A DNA stretch of 35,383 nt from Nitrosopumilaceae archaeon (GTDB taxonomy: Archaea; Thermoproteota; Nitrososphaeria; Nitrososphaerales; Nitrosopumilaceae): contig UYNY03000113.1 in NCBI GenBank assembly GCA_900620265.3, forward strand, positions 17,402 to 52,784. Direction: 5' to 3'. Below are positions 16,234 to 24,904 of the stretch, piece by piece (position 1 is the first letter of the stretch; the number at the start of each line of letters is the position of its first letter). The notes below the pieces were generated by a model. That model was given only the letters and a program-made list of their open reading frames with translations. It was not told where the DNA came from and did no database searches. The translations under genes were made by a program, and so were the position numbers.

Positions 16234-17165
16234 GTGATGGAATGCACGGAGCCCGGTTGCGGCCTTGCCGATCAGGTGGCAGCGTTTAGGGACGCTTTCC
16301 GGAGGGGTTCGGAGGAAGACATTGATAGAGACCTTGCGCGGCTCGTACGCATGACCCAAGAGTACGTAGAACACGTCATGTATCCCGGCGGCGCCGTTGC
16401 AATGGGAAGAGAGGGCACGCTGGACAATCTGATCGGATCAAGCATTGCGATATACGAGTCGATCCGCAGCCTGAGCGACGAAATCAGGAATGACAGAAAG
16501 GTGATCGCCACGGAAAGGCTGGACGAGATGTCGCGCCATGTGAATCTGGCAACGCACCACCTGATGGTTGCAAAGGCATCGGTGCTCAACAACGAGCGGA
16601 GATATGCCGAGTCCGAAGAATGCCTGGCAGTGGCGCTTGACATCGAGGTCACCCCGGAGGCGGCCAACGAGCTCGGGGCCGCGTTAACTGGGATGGGGAG
16701 GTACTATGAGGCCGAATCCTGCCTTGAGACCGCCACGCTTTTGAGGCCTGAATACCACGCGGCTGAGTTCAACAAGGCCGTGCTTAACGACGATACCGGG
16801 AACCACGGCCTGGCGGCGGACGGGTTTGACTTTTTGCTTAACTACGTGGATTTGGACAGGTTCGGCTGCTGGTGCGGAAGGGCCTGGCGCTGGCGCATGA
16901 CGGGCTCCACGAGGACGCGGTGCGCCGCTTTGACGAGGCGGCCGGCATGCGGCCCGATAGCCCGGACGTCCAGTACCACAAGGCCGACTCTCTGTACAGG
17001 CTAGGCATGTACGACGAGTCCACCGCGTGCTACGGCAGGGCGCACGACCTGGGCGGGCCTGCGGACGCGGGGGCGAGGCGCGAGAGGATGCTGCAGATGA
17101 GGGATCTGGTCCCGGGGCGCATATGGCTGCCGGCCTGGCCGCCATGCGGCCCTCCTCACCTTTGA
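16234..17165 (+). pseudogene. TPR-repeat protein interrupted by a single-nucleotide frame change near 16850-16870
   Basis: The frame of 16234 reads TPR-like up to ...FDFLLNYVDLDR, then turns Arg/Cys/Trp-rich. The frame of 16872 continues with clean TPRs: LLVRKGLALAHDGLHEDAVRRFDEAAGMRPDSPDVQYHKADSLYRLGMYDESTACYGRAHDLG (to about 17057). Confidence 0.6.
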
Positions 17166-17235
17166 CAGCGACTTTACCTATTTTGCCGATATCATACGGG
17201 AGAGGCTCGGCGTCCACATAGTCAGCCTGCCATGA
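17101..17235 (+). pseudogene. PIN-domain (VapC-like) C-terminal remnant
   Basis: Hand translation ending at TGA 17233-17235: ..HAAALLTFDSDFTYFADIIRERLGVHIVSLP, the typical PIN C-terminal L.T.D.DF motif. The neighbouring frame reads AHMAAGLAAMRP, resembling the preceding IAA.A helix and implying a further frameshift. No intact N-terminal part is present. Confidence 0.35.
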
Positions 17236-17319
17236 CCGGCCTGGACGCCGCTGCCCGGCGGCCCGGGCAGGCGTGCCCCGCATGACACGATCCGGCCCGT
17301 GGATCCCCCGCCCAAAAGG

Positions 17320-17327
17320 AATATAAT
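17320..17327 (+). promoter_or_regulatory. TATA box (AATATAAT) for tRNA-Asn
   Basis: Centred about 30 nt upstream of the mature tRNA 5' end. Confidence 0.55.
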
Positions 17328-17353
17328 CAAACGCCCCGGGGCTGGCCCCGTGT

Positions 17354-17427
17354 GCCGCCCTAGCTTAGTTTGGTAGAGCATCCGACTGTTAATCGGACGG
17401 TCGGAAGTTCGAGTCTTCCGGGCGGCG
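17354..17427 (+). tRNA. tRNA-Asn (anticodon GUU), CCA encoded at 17428-17430
   Basis: Hand-folded cloverleaf. Acceptor GCCGCCC/GGGCGGC, D arm GCTT/GAGC, anticodon stem TCCGA/TCGGA with loop CTGTTAA, 5-nt variable loop, T arm GGAAG-TTCGAGT-CTTCC, discriminator G. Confidence 0.93.
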
Positions 17428-17458
17428 CCATCCCGTCACCCCCCGGGGGATCCCGCGC

Positions 17459-17491
17459 ATGTTTCCAAACCCGGGTATGGAAATATTGGCC
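17459..17491. repeat. Copy 1 of a 32-33 bp element containing a 28-bp imperfect palindrome
   Basis: ATGTTTCCAAACCCGGGTATGGAAATATTGGCC. The arms pair at 12 Watson-Crick positions plus 1 G-T out of 14, around the centre ACCCGGGT. Confidence 0.85.
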
Positions 17492-17554
17492 CCGGGGTCT
17501 GCCAAATTAGACCGGCTGGATCTAATTGCCCCCGCGCGTACAGCCCGCAGGTGA

Positions 17555-17803
17555 TCCGGCACGGCTAGGACCAGGCGCGCGAACAGGTACTGCGTCGACT
17601 GCGGCGCGAGGCTGGTCTACTATCCGAGGCTCTCGAACCCAAAGGCCCCAAACGAGCACCGGATCCTGGTATACGCGTGCCCCGACTGCTCGGCCGACTT
17701 TGGGCGGCCAAAGATGTTCTCAATCCGGCGCAACCAGGAGGAGGACCCCCTCGAGGCCGTCGAGATAGAGATAACGCAGGCAAGGCGCAAGGCGGCGGCC
17801 TAG
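17555..17803 (+). CDS. Zinc-ribbon ORF (CxxC-x21-CxxC) lacking an in-frame start codon; possibly frameshifted
   Basis: Hand translation: ..RYCVDCGARLVYYPRLSNPKAPNEHRILVYACPDCSADFGRPKMFSIRRNQEEDPLEAVEIEITQARRKAAA. The frame opens after TGA 17552-17554 with no ATG/GTG/TTG before the first CxxC. GTG 17551 in another frame (about 26 nt after TCTAATTG) would need a 1-nt shift. Confidence 0.3.
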   Translation, partial: SGTARTRRANRYCVDCGARLVYYPRLSNPKAPNEHRILVYACPDCSADFGRPKMFSIRRNQEEDPLEAVEIEITQARRKAAA

Positions 17804-17804
17804 C

Positions 17805-18047
17805 GTGGGCTGGGACGATCCGGGCCGCGGCGCCCCCGTCCAGAAGAGCTGGGCGTGGCTGCTCCTCCCGCTGCTTCTTGCCATACTCGGCGGGATCATC
17901 GGCTACCTGATGCTCCACAGGGTCGACCAGAGGCGCGCAAAAGACTGCCTGTACCTCGGGATTGCAGTCACCGTGCTTGGGATAATCGGCGCCGCCGCAC
18001 AGCTGGCCCTGCTCGGCTCCGTCACGCAGCCGGGAATCAACGTCTGA
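17805..18047 (+). CDS. Small membrane protein with two predicted TM helices (80 aa)
   Basis: GTG start 1 nt after the zinc-ribbon stop. The hydrophobic stretches are WAWLLLPLLLAILGGIIGYLML and LYLGIAVTVLGIIGAAAQLALLG. Confidence 0.5.
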   Translation: MGWDDPGRGAPVQKSWAWLLLPLLLAILGGIIGYLMLHRVDQRRAKDCLYLGIAVTVLGIIGAAAQLALLGSVTQPGINV

Positions 18048-18063
18048 CGGGGCACGCTTTTCG

Positions 18064-18095
18064 ATGTTTCCAAACCCGGGTTCTGAAACATGGCC
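18064..18095. repeat. Copy 2 of the 32-33 bp palindromic element
   Basis: ATGTTTCCAAACCCGGGTTCTGAAACATGGCC. The first 18 nt are identical to copy 1. The arms ATGTTTC/GAAACAT flank the 10-bp palindrome AACCCGGGTT. Confidence 0.85.
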
Positions 18096-18151
18096 AATCG
18101 ACGCCCGCGCGCCTGCTAGGGTAATATTTGGGTGCGTGCGGCACGCGGCGC

Positions 18152-18589
18152 ATGGGGCTCAGGGACGACGTGGAGCGCTGGACGTCGCACGCGGGCATGC
18201 GCATGTCGCCCGTCGAGGATCCTGACAGCACGTTCCACGTGATGGCGCGGCTGCCCGGCTCCGGCACGCCGCCGGTCGACGTCTTTGAGCCCGCAGGGCA
18301 GCCGGGCGTCATGGTCGTCGGCACCGCCGTCGTGCTAAAGAGCGGCCAGACGGGCAGGTACCTGCGGTACAACAGGGCCGAAAAGGAGTCGTTCGAGGGC
18401 AGGATCACCGACTTTTGCAACTCGATACGGGCCGTGAGCCGGATCCTGACCGAGGAGGGGCGCGTAAAGGTCGGCGTCTATGTCGTCATTGATGGCGGCG
18501 GGCCCATCCGGCAGGGCGACTTTGAGAGGGCCGTCGAGGAGGTGCAGGGCATGCACGAAAAGACGACCCGGTTCATGCGGACTCTGTGA
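18152..18589 (+). CDS. Hypothetical protein (145 aa); a YbjN/DUF2299-like fold is only a guess
   Basis: ATG 18152 lies about 26 nt after TAATATTT (18122-18129). The sequence is protein-like (..VEDPDSTFHVMARLPG...VVLKSGQ...FEGRITDFCNSIRAV...). Confidence 0.5.
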   Translation: MGLRDDVERWTSHAGMRMSPVEDPDSTFHVMARLPGSGTPPVDVFEPAGQPGVMVVGTAVVLKSGQTGRYLRYNRAEKESFEGRITDFCNSIRAVSRILTEEGRVKVGVYVVIDGGGPIRQGDFERAVEEVQGMHEKTTRFMRTL

Positions 18590-18593
18590 TCAC

Positions 18594-18628
18594 GCCTAGG
18601 AGCTCAACCCCCCTCCGGGGGCGGGGCG
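18594..18628. repeat. Spacer repeat R1 (GCCTAGGAGCTCAACCCCCCTC + CGGGGGCGGGGCG)
   Basis: The 14-mer GCTCAACCCCCCTC (18602-18615) and the 13-mer CGGGGGCGGGGCG (18616-18628) both recur at 18769-18809. Confidence 0.8.
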
Positions 18629-18667
18629 TGCAGGCACGGCGGGGCGGGCCCCCGATTTGGCCGGATC

Positions 18668-18684
18668 GAGGGGGGGTTTAGCTC
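18668..18684. repeat. Inverted, slightly diverged copy of the R motif (GAGGGGGGGTTTAGCTC)
   Basis: Its reverse complement GAGCTAAACCCCCCCTC resembles GAGCTCAACCCCCCTC at 18600-18615. Confidence 0.6.
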
Positions 18685-18760
18685 CCGTGCCTGATATGCG
18701 CGGCCAAGTACCAAAGGACCCCGATCCGCCGCCGGGAGATCCCGGGCCGCGCCGGATCGT

Positions 18761-18809
18761 GCCTGAGGGCTCAACCCCCCTCAGATTATATTGGATCGGG
18801 GGCGGGGCG
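18761..18809. repeat. Spacer repeat R2: the same two half-motifs as R1, split by a 14-nt TATA-containing insert (AGATTATATTGGAT)
   Basis: Identical 14-mer at 18769-18782 and identical 13-mer at 18797-18809. The insert ATTATATT (18785-18792) is centred about 27 nt upstream of ATG 18816. Confidence 0.8.
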
Positions 18810-18815
18810 GGCCCG

Positions 18816-19286
18816 ATGGTGAGCGCCGGGATCGTGATACTGCTCGGCGGGGTCGTGGCATCCATGGCGGTGGCCATCTACGTCTACAGCGAGGAGCGCG
18901 TGAACCTGGTCGAGGTCGGGCCCGGCGAGCGGTTCACTGTGGGCCCGCTGGCATTCCTGATAACCCTTGACGGGCCGCGCGAGGTGGATCCGGACTCGGC
19001 CCCGCTCGTCGGGATCACCGTGACGGCCGAGAACCCGGGGCGCGCCGAGGTGTCAGTATCCGGCGGGCAGTTCCACCTCGAGGCGGGCGGCAAGAGGCAC
19101 CAGCCGGTGAACATGGGGCTCGAGGGGGATCTTTTGCGCCACGTGGTAGGGCCCGGCGAGCAGATCACGAGGTCCACGCAGTTTGACGTGCCGTATGATC
19201 CGGGCGAAAGGTACGACCTGCTGGTAAGGCCGCTAAAGGAGCACGCAAGCGGCGATGTTGCCAGGATCTGCCTTGCAAACTGCTGA
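18816..19286 (+). CDS. Membrane-anchored protein with a DUF4352-like (Ig-like) ectodomain, tentative
   Basis: N-terminal TM helix MVSAGIVILLGGVVASMAVAIYVY, followed by ..ITVTAENPGRAEVSVSGGQFHLEAGGKRH...GPGEQITRSTQFDVP. The track start at 18657 lies upstream of the TATA box. Confidence 0.5.
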   Translation: MVSAGIVILLGGVVASMAVAIYVYSEERVNLVEVGPGERFTVGPLAFLITLDGPREVDPDSAPLVGITVTAENPGRAEVSVSGGQFHLEAGGKRHQPVNMGLEGDLLRHVVGPGEQITRSTQFDVPYDPGERYDLLVRPLKEHASGDVARICLANC

Positions 19287-19421
19287 TGCGGCGACCCGGA
19301 CCGCGCGGCCCGTTCCATATGAGACGCGGCTGCCCTTTCAGGCGTACCGCTGCAAGAGGGGCCGCCCGTATCTAGCGGGGCAGCCGTCCCCGCCTCTTTC
19401 TTTGGCGGCCCGCTGGGGATC

Positions 19422-19811
19422 CTACGCGTCCATCACAAAGACGCGCTCGGGCCGAACATAGACTGCCACGCGCCGCTCCCCTGCGCGCCTGTACTGGTAG
19501 TCGAGGCCCGTATACTGGCGTGAGAGCGCGTCGGCGTGCCTGTACTCGGGATCCGGCACTATCCTCTCTACCCTGCCGCGCACGGCGGCCGCGTCAAGCG
19601 GGTCCGACGGCGAGGCCACCGAGACTGCGACGCGCGGGTCGCGCAGGAGGTTCCTGTGCTTTATGCGGCCCTCGGCCGTGTTTATCGAGACGAGGCCGTC
19701 CTCGACGCCGGTCCAGACCGGGGTCACCTGCGGCGAGCCGTCGCCCATCACCGTCGCAAAGTGGGCGATGTTGGAGCCGGACAGCAGCCGGGCCGCCCTG
19801 TCCGGGATCAC
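19422..19811 (-). CDS. Pyridoxamine 5'-phosphate oxidase-family (PPOX-class, probably F420/FMN-binding) protein
   Basis: LLSGSNIAHFATVMGDGSPQVTPVWTGVEDGLVSINTAEGRIKHRNLLRDPRVAVSV is the typical split-barrel PPOX pattern. ATGA overlap with the upstream ArsR gene. Confidence 0.75.
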   Translation of the reverse strand: MIPDRAARLLSGSNIAHFATVMGDGSPQVTPVWTGVEDGLVSINTAEGRIKHRNLLRDPRVAVSVASPSDPLDAAAVRGRVERIVPDPEYRHADALSRQYTGLDYQYRRAGERRVAVYVRPERVFVMDA

Positions 19812-20308
19812 CTGCGCCCGCCCTCTAGGACACGCGCCATGGCCCGGTTCATTATCTGGACCGCCAGGTACTGGCCGTACTCGGGCGACCTCCGCCCCTT
19901 TGACCTCGCCCCCTTTGGCGCGAGCCCCTTTAGGAGCTTTTCGATCTTTGCCGACGCGCTCTCTATCTGCTCCGAGTACGTCGAGTCAAAGTCCGCCGGC
20001 TCCTCGAACCCGAGCAGCCTGGCCGACGTCCCATAGTACTTTGTGATGGCCCCCTTTGACTCGTCGATCCTGGCGACCTCTGCCAGGCCCGCCGACTTTA
20101 GCACCTCGATGTGGTGCCGCACCGTCGTCAGCGCCTTTTTGTGGCCCGCCTTGCCGAGGGCCGCCGCTATCTGCTCCGCCGAGAGCGCCTTCCTGTAGAG
20201 GAGCTCGACGATCTTTGAGCGCACCGGATCCTCCAGGGCCCTGGCGTGGTCCTGGCTGGTGGTGAGTATCCGGCTCACCCGTACCTGCCTCTCTAGCAGC
20301 GTCGACAT
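19808..20308 (-). CDS. ArsR-family winged-helix transcriptional regulator
   Basis: ARALEDPVRSKIVELLYRKALSAEQIAAALG...TVRHHIEVLKSAGLAEV. ATG 20308 lies about 28 nt downstream of CTTTTAG (complement of 20333-20339). Confidence 0.8.
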   Translation of the reverse strand: MSTLLERQVRVSRILTTSQDHARALEDPVRSKIVELLYRKALSAEQIAAALGKAGHKKALTTVRHHIEVLKSAGLAEVARIDESKGAITKYYGTSARLLGFEEPADFDSTYSEQIESASAKIEKLLKGLAPKGARSKGRRSPEYGQYLAVQIMNRAMARVLEGGRR

Positions 20309-20399
20309 CACCCTATGGCTGGCGCGGGGGATCTAAAAGATCATCTTATCATATTTTCTTGTCCAAATGCATGAATATTTTACCGCCACCATCAACCCC

Positions 20400-20670
20400 G
20401 TCGCCGTACCACTGGGATTGCACTACTCCAACAGGGATGGCAGCGGTGTCATCCCAGTAGCGGCGGGACGATCCCCCGGGTGCCGCTACCATCCCCCTTG
20501 TACCGGCGGGGCCCTTGTGCCGCCGCCCCGGGCGCAGCAGCAGTGCTACAAGGGTGGGAGTGCCGGTACGGGGACGGTGGCGCCGGTGGCACCGGGATGG
20601 CAGCGGTCCGGGGGATCCCCGGGGGTACGTGCGTCTGGCGTGTGTGCGGCGTGTGTGCGGCGTGTGCGTA
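20400..20670 (+). ncRNA. Candidate structured RNA / repeat-rich spacer (identity unknown)
   Basis: Coaxially nested helices: 20483-20495/20594-20606 (12 of 13 pairs), 20496-20507/20562-20573 (12 bp including 2 G-U), 20511-20518/20548-20555 (8 bp) and 20521-20524/20531-20534. There is also an 8-bp hairpin at 20411-20418/20451-20458. The G-U pairs exist only on the + strand. A + strand ATATTTTA box at 20375-20382 could drive it. Confidence 0.3.
20637..20668. repeat. 11-nt tandem repeat (GGCGTGTGTGC x2 plus a partial third copy)
   Basis: GGCGTGTGTGC GGCGTGTGTGC GGCGTGTGCG, located immediately 3' of the purC stop. Confidence 0.85.
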
Positions 20671-20673
20671 TGG

Positions 20674-21489
20674 CTAGAGGTCCCGCCCCGTGAGCCGCCT
20701 GTACGACTCTGCGTACCGGGCATAGACCAGCGAGATCACGTCCTGCGGTATCTCCGGGGGGACAGGCTCCCTGCCCGCGGCCCGCGCCTCGTCGAACGCC
20801 TCCTTGTGGCCGGCCGAGCGGAGCCAGTCGCGCAGCACCTGCTTGTCGTACGCCTCCTGTACCCTGCCCGGCCCGTATGACGAGGCGGGCCAGAGGCGGT
20901 ACTCGTCGGGCCCTATCGAGTCGCCGAGCGTCACGGCGCCATCAAGCATGCCGAACTCGAGCTTTAGATCCGCCAGTATGAACCCGGCCCCGGCCGCCAC
21001 GGCGGACATGCGCCCGTAGATGTCAAGGGACCTTGCCGCAAGCTCGTCATAGAGGGGCCCGTCCACGAGGCCGGCCGAGACGGCGCCGTCCCTGTCGACG
21101 GGCTCGTCGTGCTCGGCCTTTGTGGAAGGGTCGAATATGGGGGAGGGGAGCCTCGAGGCAAGCGGCGCCCCGGCCGGCACGCGCGGGTCGCCGGCGGCCC
21201 TCTCGGCGAGGCTCCCGTACAGGTACCCCCTCACGACGCACTCGAGCGGGATCATCTCCATCCTCCTGACGCGGATCTCGGTCTCGGACTCGCGCCCCAC
21301 AAAGTGGCTCGGGACGCCGAGCCTCCCGAACCAGAACTCGGCGAACCTGCACAGTGCCCGCCCCTTGCCGGGGACCGGCTGCCCGAACCCGACATCGTAC
21401 GCCGATATGCGGTCGGAGAACCTAAAGACCAGCGTCCCGTCCCCCGCGTCATAGACGTCCTTTACCTTGCCGCTACCCGCAAGCCTCAC
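20674..21489 (-). CDS. purC: Phosphoribosylaminoimidazole-succinocarboxamide (SAICAR) synthase
   Basis: [27 protein letters not shown]...[14 protein letters not shown]...[13 protein letters not shown] start, with an AATTTAA box (21513-21519) about 27 nt upstream. Confidence 0.9.
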   Translation of the reverse strand: MRLAGSGKVKDVYDAGDGTLVFRFSDRISAYDVGFGQPVPGKGRALCRFAEFWFGRLGVPSHFVGRESETEIRVRRMEMIPLECVVRGYLYGSLAERAAGDPRVPAGAPLASRLPSPIFDPSTKAEHDEPVDRDGAVSAGLVDGPLYDELAARSLDIYGRMSAVAAGAGFILADLKLEFGMLDGAVTLGDSIGPDEYRLWPASSYGPGRVQEAYDKQVLRDWLRSAGHKEAFDEARAAGREPVPPEIPQDVISLVYARYAESYRRLTGRDL

Positions 21490-21576
21490 GGGGCCGCGCG
21501 ATCCGCGGCGCGAATTTAACTGCTAGGGGCGGCGCCGCCCCCAAGCCTTAAATCCCATCGCCGGGATCCGGCCCCG

Positions 21577-22971
21577 ATGGCCGCGGGGATAGACGACATT
21601 GCGATCTACATACCGGGGCTCTACCTTGACGCGGCGGACTTTGCGGCGGCCCGCGGCCTCGACCCGGTAAAGCTGCAAAAGGGGCTCGGCGTCTCCCAGA
21701 TGGCGATCGTGGACGCCAACCAGGACCCCGCCTGCCTGGCCGCCAACGCCTGCCACCGGATAATGGAGCGGAACGGCCTCTCGCCGGCCGACATCGGGAG
21801 GCTGTACGTCTCGACAGAGTCATCCTTTGACGAGTCAAAGGCGATGAACTCGTACGTGGTAGGGATGCTCGAGCAGGTCTACGGGCAGGGGACGTTCGAG
21901 CACTGCGGCGGGGTCGAGACAAAGTTCGCCTGCGTCAGCGGGTCGTACGCCCTCTACGACAACACCAACTGGATACGCGCCGGCGAGTCCGACGGCAAGA
22001 GCGCCCTCGTCGTCGTCTCCGATATCGCAAAGTACGACCTCGGGTCCAGCGGGGAGATGACGCAGGGGGCCGGCGCCGTGGCCATGCTGCTCAACGACGA
22101 GCCGCGCCTTTTGGCGTTCGACCCGCGCGTGACGGCCACCTCGATAAAGGACGAGTACGACTTTTACAGGCCGTTCGGCAAGGAGACGCCCATCGTGCAC
22201 GGCCAGTACTCGAACCTGCTGTACATGATCCAGGTGCGCAAGGCGCTCGAGCTCTACAAGGAGAACGTCGCCAGGACCGGCCTCATCAAGATCGGGCCCG
22301 AGGAGACGATCCTCGACCACATGGACTATATCAACATGCACCTGCCGTACAGCAACATGGGCAAAAAGGCGCTCGCGTACCTGGTGCGGCACGAGTGGCG
22401 CCAGCTGCCGCGCTGGTCGGCCATACTCGAGGCCGTCGGCATGGAGGAGCCCGTCCCGGGGGAGGGGGGAGGCACCATCGAGGCGGTGCTGGCCGACGGC
22501 GAGTTCATGGCGCGCGACCACGAGTTCACAAGGTCGTTCTCTCAGACCGAGCAGTTCCGCCAGATATACGAGTCAAAGCTTGCAAGCTCGCTCGTCGCCT
22601 CCAGCATGATAGGAAACCTGTACACGGCGTCGCTGTACCTCGGGTTCCGCAGCAGCCTCGAGTTCGAGTTCAAGAAGGGGGCGGACCTTGCAGGCAAGCG
22701 CGTCGGGTTCGGCTCGTACGGGAGCGGCAGCAGCGCCATGGTCTTCAGCGGTGTGATCCAGCCGGGGTACGCAGACGTCGTCCGGGGGATGGACCTCGAG
22801 GCAGAGATAGGCCCGAGGCGCCGCCTCACGTGGGGCGAGTATGAAAAGCTGCACGAGAACGTGCTGGACCCGAGCGAGGCGGCCGGCCCGCAGGGGACCG
22901 GGTTCGTCCTCGTGGACGTAAAGACGGAGAGCGAGTCAAGGGGCGAGCGCCGCTATGCCTTCGTCGAGTGA
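21577..22971 (+). CDS. Hydroxymethylglutaryl-CoA synthase (long form, 464 aa)
   Basis: GIDDIAIYIPGLYLD...LYVSTESSFDESKA...KFACVSGSYAL...SDIAKY...EMTQGAGAVAML. A CTTAAAT box (21547-21553) lies about 27 nt upstream of the ATG. Confidence 0.9.
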   Translation: MAAGIDDIAIYIPGLYLDAADFAAARGLDPVKLQKGLGVSQMAIVDANQDPACLAANACHRIMERNGLSPADIGRLYVSTESSFDESKAMNSYVVGMLEQVYGQGTFEHCGGVETKFACVSGSYALYDNTNWIRAGESDGKSALVVVSDIAKYDLGSSGEMTQGAGAVAMLLNDEPRLLAFDPRVTATSIKDEYDFYRPFGKETPIVHGQYSNLLYMIQVRKALELYKENVARTGLIKIGPEETILDHMDYINMHLPYSNMGKKALAYLVRHEWRQLPRWSAILEAVGMEEPVPGEGGGTIEAVLADGEFMARDHEFTRSFSQTEQFRQIYESKLASSLVASSMIGNLYTASLYLGFRSSLEFEFKKGADLAGKRVGFGSYGSGSSAMVFSGVIQPGYADVVRGMDLEAEIGPRRRLTWGEYEKLHENVLDPSEAAGPQGTGFVLVDVKTESESRGERRYAFVE

Positions 22972-22972
22972 G

Positions 22973-24832
<1,860 letters not shown>

Positions 24833-24904
24833 CGCGGCGGCGGCCAGCCCGTCCAATTTAGCCGTTGCCAAGCTACATAAGCGGGCCGGGCGGCGGGGCG
24901 CCCC

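Noticed and set aside
7161-17235. The idea that the PIN N-terminal stub (7161-7207) and the PIN C-terminal fragment (17101-17235) are two halves of one gene split by rearrangement.
   Set aside because: Together they would still lack about 70 central residues. The core ribosomal operon lies between them, and nothing in the sequence links the two breakpoints. They are more simply two independent decayed vapC-like genes.
20637-20668. Possible CRISPR array, given the tandem GGCGTGTGTGC repeats and the duplicated spacer motifs at 18594-18809.
   Set aside because: The repeats are only 11-14 nt. They are either directly tandem without unique spacers or present only twice, and no cas genes are nearby.
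20400-20670. Whether the structured spacer is SRP (7S) RNA or RNase P RNA.
   Set aside because: I found no helix-8-type GGAA/GNAR tetraloop context with AGCA loops, and no RNase P GAGGAAAGUCC-like or ACAGAAA-like conserved strings. Its identity is left open.
20367-20693. 108-aa plus ORF, and the overlapping ORFs 20349-20723, 20480-20677 and 20515-20880, in the purC/ArsR spacer.
   Set aside because: The products are Gly/Pro/Cys/Arg-rich and run through the tandem repeat and the repeated 14-mers. The region is better explained as non-coding or structured.
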